From Macrostomum lignano (lineage: Eukaryota), in contig NIVC01000031.1 in assembly GCA_002269645.1 (NCBI GenBank), positions 868,001-932,000 of the forward strand: 64,000 nucleotides of DNA. The letters run 5' to 3'. The position numbers were made by a program, and so were the translations under genes. Positions 13,715-33,778 of the stretch are shown piece after piece. The stretch's first letter is position 1. Each line of letters begins with the position of its first letter. The notes beneath the pieces were generated by a model. The model ran no database searches and had not been told where the DNA came from. It saw nothing but the letters and a program-made list of their open reading frames with translations.

Positions 13715-14165
13715 CGAATGATGCTGATGATGATGATGATGCTGATGATGATGATGCTGATGATAGTGATGCTGATGATAATGATGCTGAGATGATGATA
13801 ATGATGGTGATGGTGATGATGATGATAATGAAGATGATGATAATGATGATAATGATGTTGATGATGATGATGATGATGATGATGCTGATGCTGATGATGA
13901 TGATGATGATGCTGAGATGATGATACTGATGATGATGATGCTGAGATGATGATAATGATATTTCTGATAATTATGATGATGCTGAGATGATGATAATGAT
14001 GGTGATGATGATAATGATATTGCTGATGATGATGATGATGCTGAGATGATGATAATGATGGTAATGATGATAATGATGGTGGTGATGATGATGATGATGA
14101 TGCTGATGATGATGATGCTGAGATAATGATGATGCTGAGATGATGATAATGATGGTGATGATAAT
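13715..14165. repeat. (GAT)n microsatellite, imperfect
   Basis: Direct reading; it explains the poly-His/Met/Asp ORFs. Confidence 0.97.
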
Positions 14166-15260
14166 TAGCTCTGCCAGACAATTACACAAAGGAAGTATCG
14201 TTGATCATTGTAAGCTTTTTATAGGCATGGTGGGTTGTTGCAGAAGGAAACAAAATGTATTTTCTAGATATTCATGAATTATTAAGTATATTTGAAACAG
14301 AATCAAGTCAGAACCTCTTATTGAAACAGAATCAACTAGTTTAAGTTGTCCCTGGTCAGAACTTTGTTTGATCATCTACATCAGACGTCGACAAAATTTT
14401 TACTTCAAGAGCCGGATAAAGAATCAACAATAGATCATTACTGCGGGTCAGATGAGAGAGTGGAAAGGAGAGGTAATGGAGGAGATAAAAGATGGAGGAG
14501 ATGACAGAAGAGAGAAGAGGCGAGATGAGAAATGCGATGAGATAAGAGATGAGTAAAAAGCTGAAAGAGGAGACAAAAGACAGAGGAGAGAACTAAGAAG
14601 AGACTAACCTTAAGCGCGTCGGATTGCTATCGTGAAGCTTCAAAGGACCCGAAGACCGGGCAGCGAGACTTTACAGCCCGGAGTTTGCTGACCCCAGGTC
14701 TAAGTGAAGTCGCGAGTTCTTATTTCAAATGTGCTTAAATACTTTTATTAGGTGACGATTAAACATCATCATTGTTGCCTAATGCATCGTACATGTGTCT
14801 TACGAGTCTATGCTTGAAACCTACTTCTACTTCTATCTGTTCAGTACGTGTATTCTGAAATTTTAGTACCAAAGGACTGGGTATTAGACTCCCATTCCGA
14901 AGAGATTGCCCTTAATATTAATAATATAATTGCAAGGAGGACTAGCTAAGGTCACCCTGCCGCAACGTCATAAGCAAAATCATCGCACGTCGCTTCCAGC
15001 GTCGGCAGCTACGAGCAGAAGCAAGCCCGGATACTGTATACAAGCCGACAACTCATACACACGCTCCGTCAAGGTGTACAGCCGCCCTGACTTTCTAATC
15101 GTCTGGCATGTACACTCTCCGTGCCTTGAAGAATTCACGAAACAGATCGACGCTGGATATTGGCTCTTGATCGGCGAAGAGTTTTGAGTCGAAAGGAATT
15201 AGTGTCAACCTGCCTTCAAGGATATATATCGTCGAAGAGTGTCCAAACATCCATTGAGTC

Positions 15261-15790
15261 TACTAGAAACAATGCAGGGAAAGTCAGACAAGGAGATTCT
15301 GATACTGACTGGAAGAGCTAAAATTGCACTCGTAAAACTGCGTGGACAACATCTGGAAAGCAAAAAACATCCACATGAAAAATAAAATGCTGCTAATGAT
15401 ATTGGTAGTCATGGCAAATCTTCTCTATGCGTGTGAGTGCTGGGCAATGGAGAAGAAGTATGAAAAGCAACTGAGATCTTTCGAGATGAAGACTTACAGA
15501 TCTATGATGGAGGCCTTGTGGATCTGATCAAGAGAAGGAAATTCCGCTCCTTCAGGCATGGTGCGAGAAGTGATGGAGCGCTGAAGGCCGTGGTTGAAGT
15601 TGGTGGTGAGGGGCGAAGGGACAGAGGCAGGCCACAAGGTGATTGGACAGGCAGTCTAGCTGATGGAGTGGAGTGGAGTGGAGAGTGGATGGTGCAGCGG
15701 ATTGTCTTGGATCGAAGGAGATGGAGATTCGCTGTCGAGAAATGGATACACCAACGGCCATAACCGTTTACCGACCTAATAATGATGATA
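15261..15790 (+). mobile_element. 5'-truncated degenerate RTE-like LINE fragment
   Basis: IWKAKNIHMKNKM...LLYACECWAMEKKYEKQLRSFEMKTYR resembles the LINE RT C-terminus. It ends in a TAATAATGATGAT tail and is flanked by AAACATCCATTGAGTC at 15245 and 15806. Confidence 0.7.
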
Positions 15791-16567
15791 GCCAGGAAAC
15801 GTCTTAAACATCCATTGAGTCGACTAGCAGCTGCCGAGGTCGATTGCGCCTAAAAACTCGGGTCCTGCAAGAAATGGCGTGATGTATCTGTGCAGTATTA
15901 GTCTGGGATGGCCTCTTTCCCCAGCCAGCGATGCTCACATTTGACCCTTTTTTGGCTGGAAACAGTCCAAGAGTCTCTGGGACTCTGTCTCTTGTTTTCA
16001 TCTTGCAAGGCACACTTTGAAGGGCCTTCCTGAACAGATTTATTGGCGCCGAGGACCCACAAACCCACCCTCTAATGTGTCAGTGTAACTCCGTGCTGAT
16101 GTTCGCTTGCTAGGAACGGTTTCCCTTGCGTCCTTGGGTCCTCACGCAGGGAGGGATTTTTTCTCTTGAGGAACCTGCCGCTTGGTTTGGGGAGCAGTGT
16201 ATTGCAGCCTTTTGCCTGTGTTCTGCAGTAAGTTCACCTTTTTCACTTCCAGTCAATAGCTTCAACGAGTAGCCGAAGGGACTTGCGAAAATACTTCGTT
16301 GGAAGTTACGGAAGTTATTGGTCGTCATGGGCTAGCGTAATGAGCGGTCTCGCCCGCTTCCACGCTTCATCCGCCGGACGATGCCGCCTGCAACTCAATC
16401 AAGTAATTCAACTAGCAGCTGCTCTCACAGAGTCTTGGGTTCCGAGGTTGGTCGAGCCTTTGTTAGTTATCTTTGGCGTGTGTTCAGCAGCTCGTACATG
16501 TGTTCAGAAAAATACGTAAGTTACAGATAAATACGTAGCAAAACTCCTGTGCGAATTGTAGGTAATC

Positions 16568-17510
16568 AGTCATACACATGGGTGATCAGTCAGACACATG
16601 GGTGAACAGTCAGAGACATGGGTAATCAGTCAGACACATGGGTGAACAGTCAGACACATGGGTAAACAGTCAGAGACATGGGTAATCAGTCAGACACATG
16701 GGTGAACAGTCAGACACATGGGTGAACAGTCAGACACATGGGTGAACAGTCAGAGACATGGGTAATCAGTCAGACACATGGGTGAATAGTCAGACACATG
16801 GGTAATCAGTCAGACACATGGGCAATGAGACAGACACATGGTGAACAGTCAAACATATGGGCAATGAGACAGACACATGGGTGAACAGTCAGACACATGG
16901 GTGAACAGTCGACACATGGGTGAACAGTCAGAGACATGGGTGAACAGTCAGACACATGGGTGAACAGTCAGACACATGGGTGAACAGTCAGACACTTGGG
17001 CAATGAGACAGACACATGGGTGAACAGTCAGACACATGGGTGAACAGTCAGACACATGGGTGAACAGTCAGAGACATGGGTAACCAGTCAGACACATGGG
17101 TGAACAGTCAGACACATGGGTGAACAGTCAGACACATGGGTGAACAGTCAGACACATGGGTGAACAGTCAGACACTTGGGCAATGAGACAGACACATGGG
17201 TGAACAGTCAGACACATGGGTGAACAGTCAGAGACATGGGTGAACAGTCAGAGACATGGGTAACCAGTCAGACACATGGGTGAACAGTCAGACACATGGG
17301 TGAACAGTCAGACACATGGGTGAACAGTCAGACACATGGGTGAACAGTCAGACACATGGGTGAACAGTCAGACACTTGGGCAATGAGACAGACACATGGG
17401 TGAACAGTCAGACACATGGGTGAACAGTCAGACACATGGGTGAACAGTCAGAGACATGGGTAACCAGTCAGACACATGGGTGAACAGTCAGACACATGGG
17501 TGATCAGTTT
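16568..17510. repeat. Minisatellite, 20-bp unit (CAGTCAGACACATGGGTGAA)
   Basis: About 47 tandem copies lying between the two cGLR genes. Confidence 0.97.
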
Positions 17511-18074
17511 GAACATGACCAAAACCAAAACCAACTTGAACCAAATGGGTAACTATACTTATTTCTTTATTTTATCGTCCACACTATATAAATTTGCAAT
17601 TAGCAAATAAGCTTTAAACATTGAAGTATTAAAAAAACTGTTTACAAGGAACAGAACTAAACATTCTTGAGACTGCAAAGCTGAACTTTATAAAATATAG
17701 GAATTTACTGAGTAACAAGAAGTGGCTAACAACATGTAGAAGACACATCGTCGTAAATATCACAAATGTCTTGATTCATCCAATTAACTTAATTATGAAG
17801 TAAGCTTTATAGGCCCGCGTACTCCCAGACATAAAAAAGGCTATCTGGAAATATCTTTATGTATTGTTAATAAATCTAAATACGAGTACAAATCAGATTG
17901 TATTGAACCTATCCACTTTCCAAGTTGATCTCCTAAGTTTCAGTGAATTCAAAAGCATCACTGATTGTTGTCATTTTTGTCAGTCTGAAAAATTAAAACA
18001 AAAAAATGAAACACGAGTGTATAATACATACGAATTATAAAAATTGAGATATGGAATCAAGCCTACGTTTGACA

Positions 18075-20281
18075 TTACTGGGACTGTAGTGCTTCCTCCT
18101 CTTCGTCATCTGACCAGTCTCTGAGGGCTGGACAATCTTCGGTACCGACAACTTCGCAAAATATCATGAGGATATTCCGCGCGAAATTCACTTCACTAGA
18201 ACGCCAGCCATCTCCCTCAGTTCTAAACACCTGAAGTTGAAATAAATAATTAAATAATTAAATTCCAAAACCTCCTGACGGTTTAAATAAAGCTGGTTTA
18301 GAACTGATTACCTGAAAAGGAAAATTTGTCGCGAGTAGAGCTGCTGATGCGAAATCTAGCACATGTAAAGCAGTGTCGGTGGGTAAACTACTTCTTCTGA
18401 AGTTTTGCAGAAATGCGGACAACACCTGAAACAGTTGCCAAATTTCTGTCTGCAGCGACCGCACTGCGCAGATCCGATCATGGCAGACCTCGATGCCAAG
18501 CGAGTCGCAGCGTTGCAGCAACTTCATCACCGCTGCTTTGCCTTCTTTCACGGACAGCGTCGAGTCTCCTTCCGGACACAGAACGCCGCCGAACTCTTCA
18601 TCGAAAATCTGGTCACGTGACTCTCCTATCGGCATTCCGACTTTGTAGTGAGCCATCATGGTCAGACACTTCTTCACTACCTCATGACAGCCCTCGAGCT
18701 CGCTGATTTTTTGGAGCACCCGTGCAAAGTCTTCAGGTGCCACAGGCTGACACTGACTCGGTGTAGCCTCTCTGTGCATCAGGGTTTGGATCTCCCACAT
18801 GATACCGAAGATCTCTTTACACTTGAAGTTCATCTCGCCCTTGCTAAATTGCATCACGTCAGCAAAGTATATCAGAGGCTGAAGAGCAATGTGCAGATGA
18901 ACAACTCTGACGCTGTTTTTGGTCAGACCGGCTTCAAAGACCTGAGCGATCTTCTGAATGTCATCGATCGCGGTTTTGGTCTCAGTAACGATTGACCTCT
19001 TGTCTGCGTGGTCCTTCTTCAGGTACACGACGGCATCGCGCAAGAAGAAGTGTCTCATGCACACGGCTTCAAGTCTTCGGTCTGCGGCAGCAGCTTGAGT
19101 TGGATCGCTCACCTCTTCGTTATCAAAGCTCTCCATCATAGCTACCAGCATCTCCAGCGACTGCTTCAACAGAGACAACAAGTTTTCTGGTCTCCAGTCT
19201 TCGACGGGCGTCTCCTCAAGCATGTAGAACAGCAGGTTCTTGGCCATGTACGTCTTCAGACCGCTCACTTTAGAGCTGATGTGTCTCTTGATGAAGAACT
19301 TGAGCAGCACAAACAACTGTCCTTGGACTGTGGAGAGGTTGTGCATGACGATTCTCTCCAACAGAGTAGTGCTCACCCTCATCCGACTGCCCTCGAGTCC
19401 GGGAGGCGACGCAGATACGGCATGACACCGCGGTACTTGGAGAACCTCGGTTCGGATGGCTTCCAAAGTCTGTGTCGAAATGTGGGACCTGTAGCCGGGC
19501 GACAGCAGCTCGATGCGCGGATAGCTGCAGCAGTGCCGAGCAGGAATAATGTCGATATCCGACAAGCGTAGGTCATCGCCCCCGAGAGGTAAGCTTGGCG
19601 TACTTTCTAAAATACGAGATTCACAGCGTACTAAATTGTAACTAGAAGCGGCTAGAAGCGTCGTAAAATTCCATCTACGAGCGTAATTCCCTTTCTTGGT
19701 GTCCCAGGAGACGCATGTCATGTGTTAAAATGCTGTAACTCAGTTTGACACATGAGCTCTAACTGGGGACGCCGCTTTCCAATAGGTCAGGGTGCAGGTG
19801 AGGGATCCCATAGATAGGCGCACAGCACCACATTCTAAACACTCCCTCATCATCACTAAACCGTTTGTGTCATTGCAGGAAAGAATTATAATGATCGTTT
19901 CTTGGACCCACCTTTAGACTGATAAGACACGTGCCCGTCCTCGTACTCAGCCACCATGCAGCCCTCCAAGCACTGACTCGTCTCCGAGGCACTGCAGTCA
20001 GCTGGAATGTGAACCGAGTTCGACTTCAGCACGAATGTGATGTCAATATCCGAGTCTGAGTCGATGCTGCCGTCAATTTTGCTCAAGCAGCTGCCCCAGC
20101 CGTCGCAGAAGCTGCCGAACACGAAGAAGGTATCTTGGGACTTGAGCAGCAACCTCAGCAAGTCTTCAAGAGCCAAGGCTACTCCGCTCTGAGCTGCTGC
20201 ATTTGAGGACTTGAAGCCCGCAGTCCTCATGGCAGCTGACAGGGCTCGGCTCTGGTCAGTGAATCGCTCTTCTCCTTCCAT
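18075..20281 (-). CDS. cGAS-like receptor / Mab-21 family nucleotidyltransferase, copy B (exons 20281-19912, 19606-18312, 18230-18075; ~606 aa)
   Basis: Same FGS-X20-DIDI motif, then I-D-I-I-P-A 59 residues later after a phase-1 splice (AAAG|GTGGG ... TTTTAG|AA). A phase-0 81-nt intron (CAG|GTAATC ... TTCAG|) opens a 51-codon acidic last exon. Confidence 0.82.
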
Positions 20282-20941
20282 TTCAAAATATGCCGCCAAA
20301 GTGACCGTTTTTTGAATGACTATTTATATAATACGCCAACCTTCTCCACAGTGTAGCTTTAAAACGATTCAAATTCAGAGAGGTTTTACACTGAGCTGAC
20401 TGTTAAAGATAACCTGTTCTCAAATAGACGGTACTTTAATTTAGAAATTCTGCGAGGAGTCTTTACAATCGAGTGGAACAATAAAGAAATAGATAAAAAA
20501 AATAAATTTAACCATTTAACGAATTAATGTATGTACAGACGGCTTTATATTCTATTCATAATCTATCAGCGTTTTGAATAAATATAGTACTGGCACTTTT
20601 CACGTGAAGTTATTTTAAAATAGGTTTCTTTGATCGACACACAGAGAAGATTAACAAAAGTATCCTTCTGCTAGAGTAGAGATAGGTTAGAAAATTATTT
20701 TTTTAAACACTTACAAAATTAATAAGGTACTTTTTTCTTTGAAATAAAATATTTTTTGACACTTTGCTGTACGAGTTCAATTACAGTACTAGAATCAAAA
20801 TACTGCAAACTATATATTTTAACTATGTATAGCTATAGCACTAGATAAAAGGCTTATCGCAAAATTAAAAAAAATTAGCCAGATGAGCGTTCATTTTTCC
20901 CAAGCGATGGTTCACAAGCGCGCATTATTCGCATCACTTAG

Positions 20942-27627
<6,686 letters not shown>

Positions 27628-28654
27628 TACTGACTGTATATAAAAATTGTAAGTGGTAAGATAACGAATTACAAACTAATCTACACGGGATGCGTGATTG
27701 CACATGTAATAAAATGTAGACTGTACATGCACGCTTCTTTGAAACGGAAACCAAAAAATTATCGCAGTGAAGCACATTAACAAAATAAAATGTTACTTGT
27801 TGTCTCTGAAAAAGAATTTGCACCGATTTGATTTTAACTTTTTTGTTAAGCTATTATAATTGCATTCTAATGCCCAAAGAAGATATCCTAATCTTTACGA
27901 TCAGATTTAAAAGTGAAGTTTTATAAGAACGATCGTACATCGTTCTAAAGATTTGTGCTTTCTTTCTGATTGTTTTTTTCCACTATGTTCCGAATTCACA
28001 GACAACTTTCCTTAATTAATGCTTATTCTTTTTAGTTTTTCAGATGGCAAGTTTCAAGTTTTGGCAAATATCAAACTTCATACCTGCTATGCATTTTATT
28101 TTTAAAGAACTATTTTTATATATTTGGCAATTTTTTGGCTCCAGCCTCCAGCTAAGGCTAAGGGTGGCATGGGCCGCATGACCTCTTTCTCCTTAGCCTT
28201 ACTTTAGATTTACTATTGCCAGTAGTATTGGTAGATATTAGTTTAGCAATTAGATACTCATATAATTAGAACCATAAGAAAATATATATTACCTTTAACA
28301 GTAAATTTCTTAGAACCTTAAAGTTTTAGGTGTATTTTGAGGCAAAAATGTATTTCTTGGTTTCAGTTCTAGTATCTTTTTTAATTGAAAATTTTTAAAT
28401 AATGTTGTTAATTTTAACCTTTTTTATTAAAAAACTATATGATTTCAAGTTTAACAATTTAGCTTAAAAATGTCTGCCCTCTAAGGCCTTTGTAATATTG
28501 ATATATTGACAAAGTAGGAAAATTCTGACTCATTAATAAATTTTCATTGCTATTTGCATGCAGAACCTACTTTTAAATATTAAAAAGTCTAAATTAATTG
28601 TTGTATTTAAAAAATAAAATTTGATTATTATATTTCAGAATTTAAACAACTAAC

Positions 28655-30859
28655 ATGTCATTAAAGGTTAAAATTGCTAGCAGATACTCCCATGTAACAC
28701 TAAATTTATGGTAAGTTTTTTAAATTAATACTGTTTTATATACCCCAAAATTATATTAGTTTATATATATAGTTCTATAATTTGAAGTCTATAACCACTC
28801 TGAAAAATTGTTTGAAATCTAGAAACTATATCTACCAAGAGTACAACTTATAGTATTTATTGATTTATTTTTAGGGCAAGCTGCAAAGCATTGGCTGATA
28901 AATATGCAAAAGTCAACTTGGGCCTGGTAAGAAACTTTTCATGTACAAAATTGCATGATTTTATAAGAGTAATCATAGAAGAATTGATTGACACATTGTT
29001 CAAGTCAACACAATGAAATAGATTAATAAGTTGACCATGACATTATGCTACTCATAATTGTCTGTAGCTATCAAAAAGTTCAAAGTTTTAAATGTCTTCT
29101 CATTAATTTCTTTTTTTACTATTTGAAAGTTGAAATTACTGAATATTTGATGTAAATGTTTAAATCAATCAAAGATGCCTTTATTCAACCAAAATTTGTG
29201 TTAAAAAAGTGAGGGAAAAAACTAATAGTCTACAACCCTCTACCCACGCAGGGTGCTCCAGATTACAATCCACCAGTTGAATTGTCTAAAGCTCTCACTT
29301 CTGTCCTAGAAGATGCCATCAGTGACTGCAAGATATCAGCTGCTACGCATCAATATGCACCATTGGTTGGGCATCCAGAACTTATTTCAGCTTTGGCTGA
29401 TGTTTACACAACCGAGATGAGCCATAAAATTCGGCCTGAAGATGGCTGTTTGTCTGTAGGCATTGGTGCTCAAGTGAGTTGTATGTTATTGTTGCACTTA
29501 AAAATAATTTCAGAAGGGCTGAGGTTATATAGATATTTTTTTCGTTAGCTAATTTATGTCCACGCCGCTGACTGCGGAACAGGCACGTACCCGCGTATTA
29601 TATCTACTTACGCAGGAACACACAAAAGCAGCATAGAGTGTACAATAACAGACATTCTATCATCAGACATTGTAAACAATCTGCGCCTATGAGATTTGCA
29701 TTAAACGCCCCGACGAACGTCCCTGCACGAGCATCTAATTAATGCGGCCGTTTCATTCCAGGGCTGCATATTTAATGTGATCAACGCTCTAGTGAACCCG
29801 GGCGACGAAGTGGTTATAATTGACCCGCACTACGACTGCTACCCGTCTATGGTTCAAGCTGTCGGTGCTAAGCCAGTGTTCGTACCTCTGTTGCCACCAA
29901 AGTCCTCAACAGATGGCGCAACAAGTGTCAATGCAAACGATTGGCAGTGGGATCGTTACCAATTAGACAGCGTATTTTCGCAGCGAACCAAACTGTTAGT
30001 GCTGAATTCTCCACAGAATCCGTTGGGGAAAGTGTACAACCGCGATGAGTTGTTGGTATTGGCGGAGCTGTGCCAAAAATACGATGTCGTTTGCTTAAGC
30101 GACGAGGTCTACGAATGGATGGTTTTAACTGACAGCGGTGAACGTTTGAGGATGGCTACAATGCCAGGTATTTATGCGACAATTTTTGTACTGACTCCGA
30201 CGAATGTGGCTGCAAACAGATAAAAATGATAATTTATCTTTTACAATCAATTACATTCAGGTATGTGGGACCGAACTATCACGGTGGGCAGCGCTGGAAA
30301 ATGTTTTAACATCACTGGCTGGCGCGTAGGCTGGTGCGTCGGGCCTGCCGCGCTGATTAGTCACGTGGTCACGGTTCAAAGCGAAGTAGTTTTCAGCGTA
30401 GCCAGTCCTCTGCAAGCCGCTATTGGTCGGGTGTTTCGCTCTGAACTCAACAATATTAAAGGCAAGGACGATTCCTGCCTAGCCAAGCTGAGAAGTCATG
30501 TAAAAGCGAATCGCGATCTCGCCGTGGTTGAGTTGTCACGCATGGGCCTGTCCTGCGTGATACCCAGCGGCGGCTGGTTCATGCTGGTTCCCGTTGCTCC
30601 CAGATTACTGCCGTTGCTAAGGGATACATCAGCTTCCAAAGGGCCAGCTTCGGACGTGTCAATTGTTGAACTGATAACGAAGAAGTTCCGCTTGGCAACT
30701 ATTCCAGCGTCGATGTTCTATTCGGAAGAATTTCGTTGCACAGTTGGTCACGGCTACTTGCGATTGTGCTTAAATAAGCGACGGGAGACCCTGGTGGAGG
30801 GCTTGAAGCTTTTAGAGGCTGCTTTGGCTGCCGCTGATGCTTTGGCTGCGTCGTCTTAA
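28655..30859 (+). CDS. KYAT: Kynurenine--oxoglutarate aminotransferase (KYAT/CCBL family), divergent paralog a (exons 28655-28710, 28875-28926, 29252-29473, 29762-30167, 30261-30859)
   Basis: NLGLGAPD, NPGDEVVIIDPHYDCY, LNSPQNPLGKV, SDEVYEWM and PLP-lysine motif SAGKCFNITGWRVGW. All introns are GT-AG and frame-consistent. Confidence 0.88.
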
Positions 30860-31843
30860 ATAATTGGATAAAAATTGTAAATTGTAGATTTTGAATCCAT
30901 TTGGTGATTTAGAAACTCTACATTCACCTGGGTTGAAACTTAAATTAGACCACTTTCGTTTTTGCAACTATTAACTGTCCAACTTTCTGCACTTAGGGCG
31001 TTAGCTACTCGTATATTTGCTGTTTTAGATCTTGAAAGGCCTTTTATGTTTTTGAGACCATCTATCTCTACGAGGTATGAGTAGATCGTAGGAGGGTTCT
31101 GAGCACCCCGACGCAACGCCTTCGGCGAAATTTGTCCCAATTCTGCCTCAGCAATTCTGCTGACTCCTGGATACTCTTCGCGCAGGCACGCACTTATTTG
31201 CAGGCTGACACCGGGGTGGACAGCGGTTCTGACTTTCTAATCGTCAGGCATGTACAGTCTCTGCGCCTCGGGGTTTGGTCCTCCCGGATGTGAATCGCAC
31301 GACGACTTCCGGCGAATTTTCGTGCACACAGGCCCAAAATAGATGGCCGCACACGGAATCAAGATTCAGACGCGTTTACCTCGGAGCTGTTTTGCAGTCT
31401 CCTTAAAATTGCCTGTTTCCACGGCAGTATACGAACTTGCTATATTAAATATGTTTATTACACGTAGTGTTTTATACGATCGTATCCGTAGTCTGTTGTT
31501 TTTGTTGCTCTATATAATCGCACTAAATCTATCGGAATGCTACGAAGGTGCATTTTCTGCGAATCTGTTATCATTTTCAGTGATTTATTATCAATTACTT
31601 GATGAATTTACATGAAACCATAGTCAATGTTTGTTCTTAAGCACTAATCAAATTGTAGTTAACGCAATTAAAATAAAAATCAAATTGAATGAATACTCAT
31701 TTCGGAAATTGTTAAATGATAAATTAGTTTAATTTTACTAAATATTTTAGGAATGTATAAAGTGTTTAATTTTTTTTTAATTTAAAGTTGCTTAATTTCA
31801 GACGAAAATTGTTATTACCAACAAACCAAAGCCAACTAACAGC

Positions 31844-33739
31844 ATGACAAGCCGTTTCAAGATTGCAAAACGTTTGGAAGCCTTTTCCAAAGTTGAAAAT
31901 ATATGGTTTGTACTTGATGTTCTGATTAATTTTTAGTAATGTCAACTTCAATTGGAGTTGACAAGATAAACTAAAATTTGATAACGGATAATTTCAGGGT
32001 GATGTACTCTACTCTTGCTGTGAAACACAATGCTCTCAATTTGGGACAGGTGAGTTATGTAGCATTAAAAAATCATGTCAAACACGAATCTGTAGCATGA
32101 TTTTGGTCTTTAGTGGCTTTCTAAAATAAGTCGAATTAATTTTTGAATAATGCTAACTAAAGTTTTTCTCTCCAATTCGGTGTATCTCTACTAAGAGTAG
32201 TACAACTGTTCCTTCAGGGCTTCCCAGACTATGCGCCACCAAAGTCTGCAACCGATGCACTTGCTTCAGTGGCCAATTCCTCTAACCCGATGTTGCACCA
32301 GTACACCAGGGGATACGTGAGTAGATTATTCAACATCAAGCCTTAACGCAGACTCGCTTGAGATGCCTATGAAGAACTTTCCACCGTTTTAGGGTCATCC
32401 CAGACTGGTAAATGCTCTGGCCAAGCTGTACACCACAGAGCTGCAGAATCCAATTGATCCGTTGAAGAATATTCTAATCTCCAACGGTGCCTACATGTGT
32501 CTTTATTCCGCTATCCACTCTCTAGTTGATGAAGGCGACGAAGTAGTCATCATTGAGCCGTTTTTCGACTGCTACGAGCCAATGGTCCGTTCTGCCGGTG
32601 GGCAGCCGGTCTTTGTTCCGCTGCGACCATCCGCTGATGACAGGTCGACCACTCAAAACCAACGCCATCGTTCTGCGCAGGACTGGCGCTGGGATGTCGA
32701 GCAGCTCCGGGCCGCCTTCACGCCTCGAACCAAAATGTTGATAATGAACACGCCAAATAATCCAATTGGCAAAGTGTTCGACTCTGACGAATTGAAATTG
32801 CTTGCCGAGCTGTGCTGCAAGCACGATGTTTTGTGTCTTAGCGACGAAGTGTACGAATGGCTGGTAAGATTGATCGGTTAGTTAGGAGTTGTTGCGGTTT
32901 AATGCGTACGTATTAGTACATGTAGCTACGTGTTTGCATAGGTTGATGATTATCTCTGGCAAATCAGTGTTAGTCAAGTCAGTCATTTCGTAGGGGGGGC
33001 TCTGGGTGCTGCTGCATATCAAAGCGACAGCCGACCTGCAGCCACGAGTATTCAAGCCCTCGTGTCCATTCCGTCGACCCTTGAGCCCTTACACGCACAC
33101 GGTTACGTACTAAATCACACGCTCACATAGAGTGCACAGCGGCCCTGACTTTCTCGTCTATAGGCGCTTTATTCGATACACTCTGCATCATTGGGGTTCA
33201 TCACTTTGTAAGGCCAACTTTTGTCCACCAGACCCAGGTTACCCTGCACCGAGCACAAAATCTAACCCGGATGCGGGAGTCAGACGCGTTACCTCTGAGC
33301 TGCTCAACCGCTCTTTCTGCATCCTTCTCTATAGTAGATCTTAACACGGAAGTAAATATTTAGGCAGGTTACAATGCAAACAGCCATGAATAGATCAGCT
33401 CGAAGCTCCTTTTGTAGTGGTCACGAATTTAACGGCCGTTGCTATTTACGTTGTAGCCTAGTGGCTAGAGCGTCGGACTCACGACTTGAAGGTCGGAGGT
33501 TCGATTCCCGATCCCACTGGAACAATTTGTGTCCTTGAGCAAGACACTTAACTCTCTGCATTGCTTCAGCTCACCCAGCTGTAAAATGGGTGCCAGCATT
33601 AGCTGGGGTAATTGAGGGTGTGTGTGTGGCGACCCCCCAGTCCTTGGACTGAACAGCCGTACGCAGCCTTCAGATGTGCCGCGCAATAGCTGCGGCTGAG
33701 CTGTCGGTTGCACATCTGCCCATTGGGGCAGGTGTAATC

Positions 33740-33778
<39 letters not shown>

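Noticed and set aside
13582-14189. Poly-His/Met/Asp ORFs
   Set aside because: Products of the (GAT)n microsatellite.
16050-16520. Possible decayed restriction-like-endonuclease LINE C-terminus
   Set aside because: Only fragmentary similarity across several frames.
33455-33525. Possible tRNA gene
   Set aside because: A and B boxes are present but no complete acceptor stem, and it continues into a SINE body and tail.
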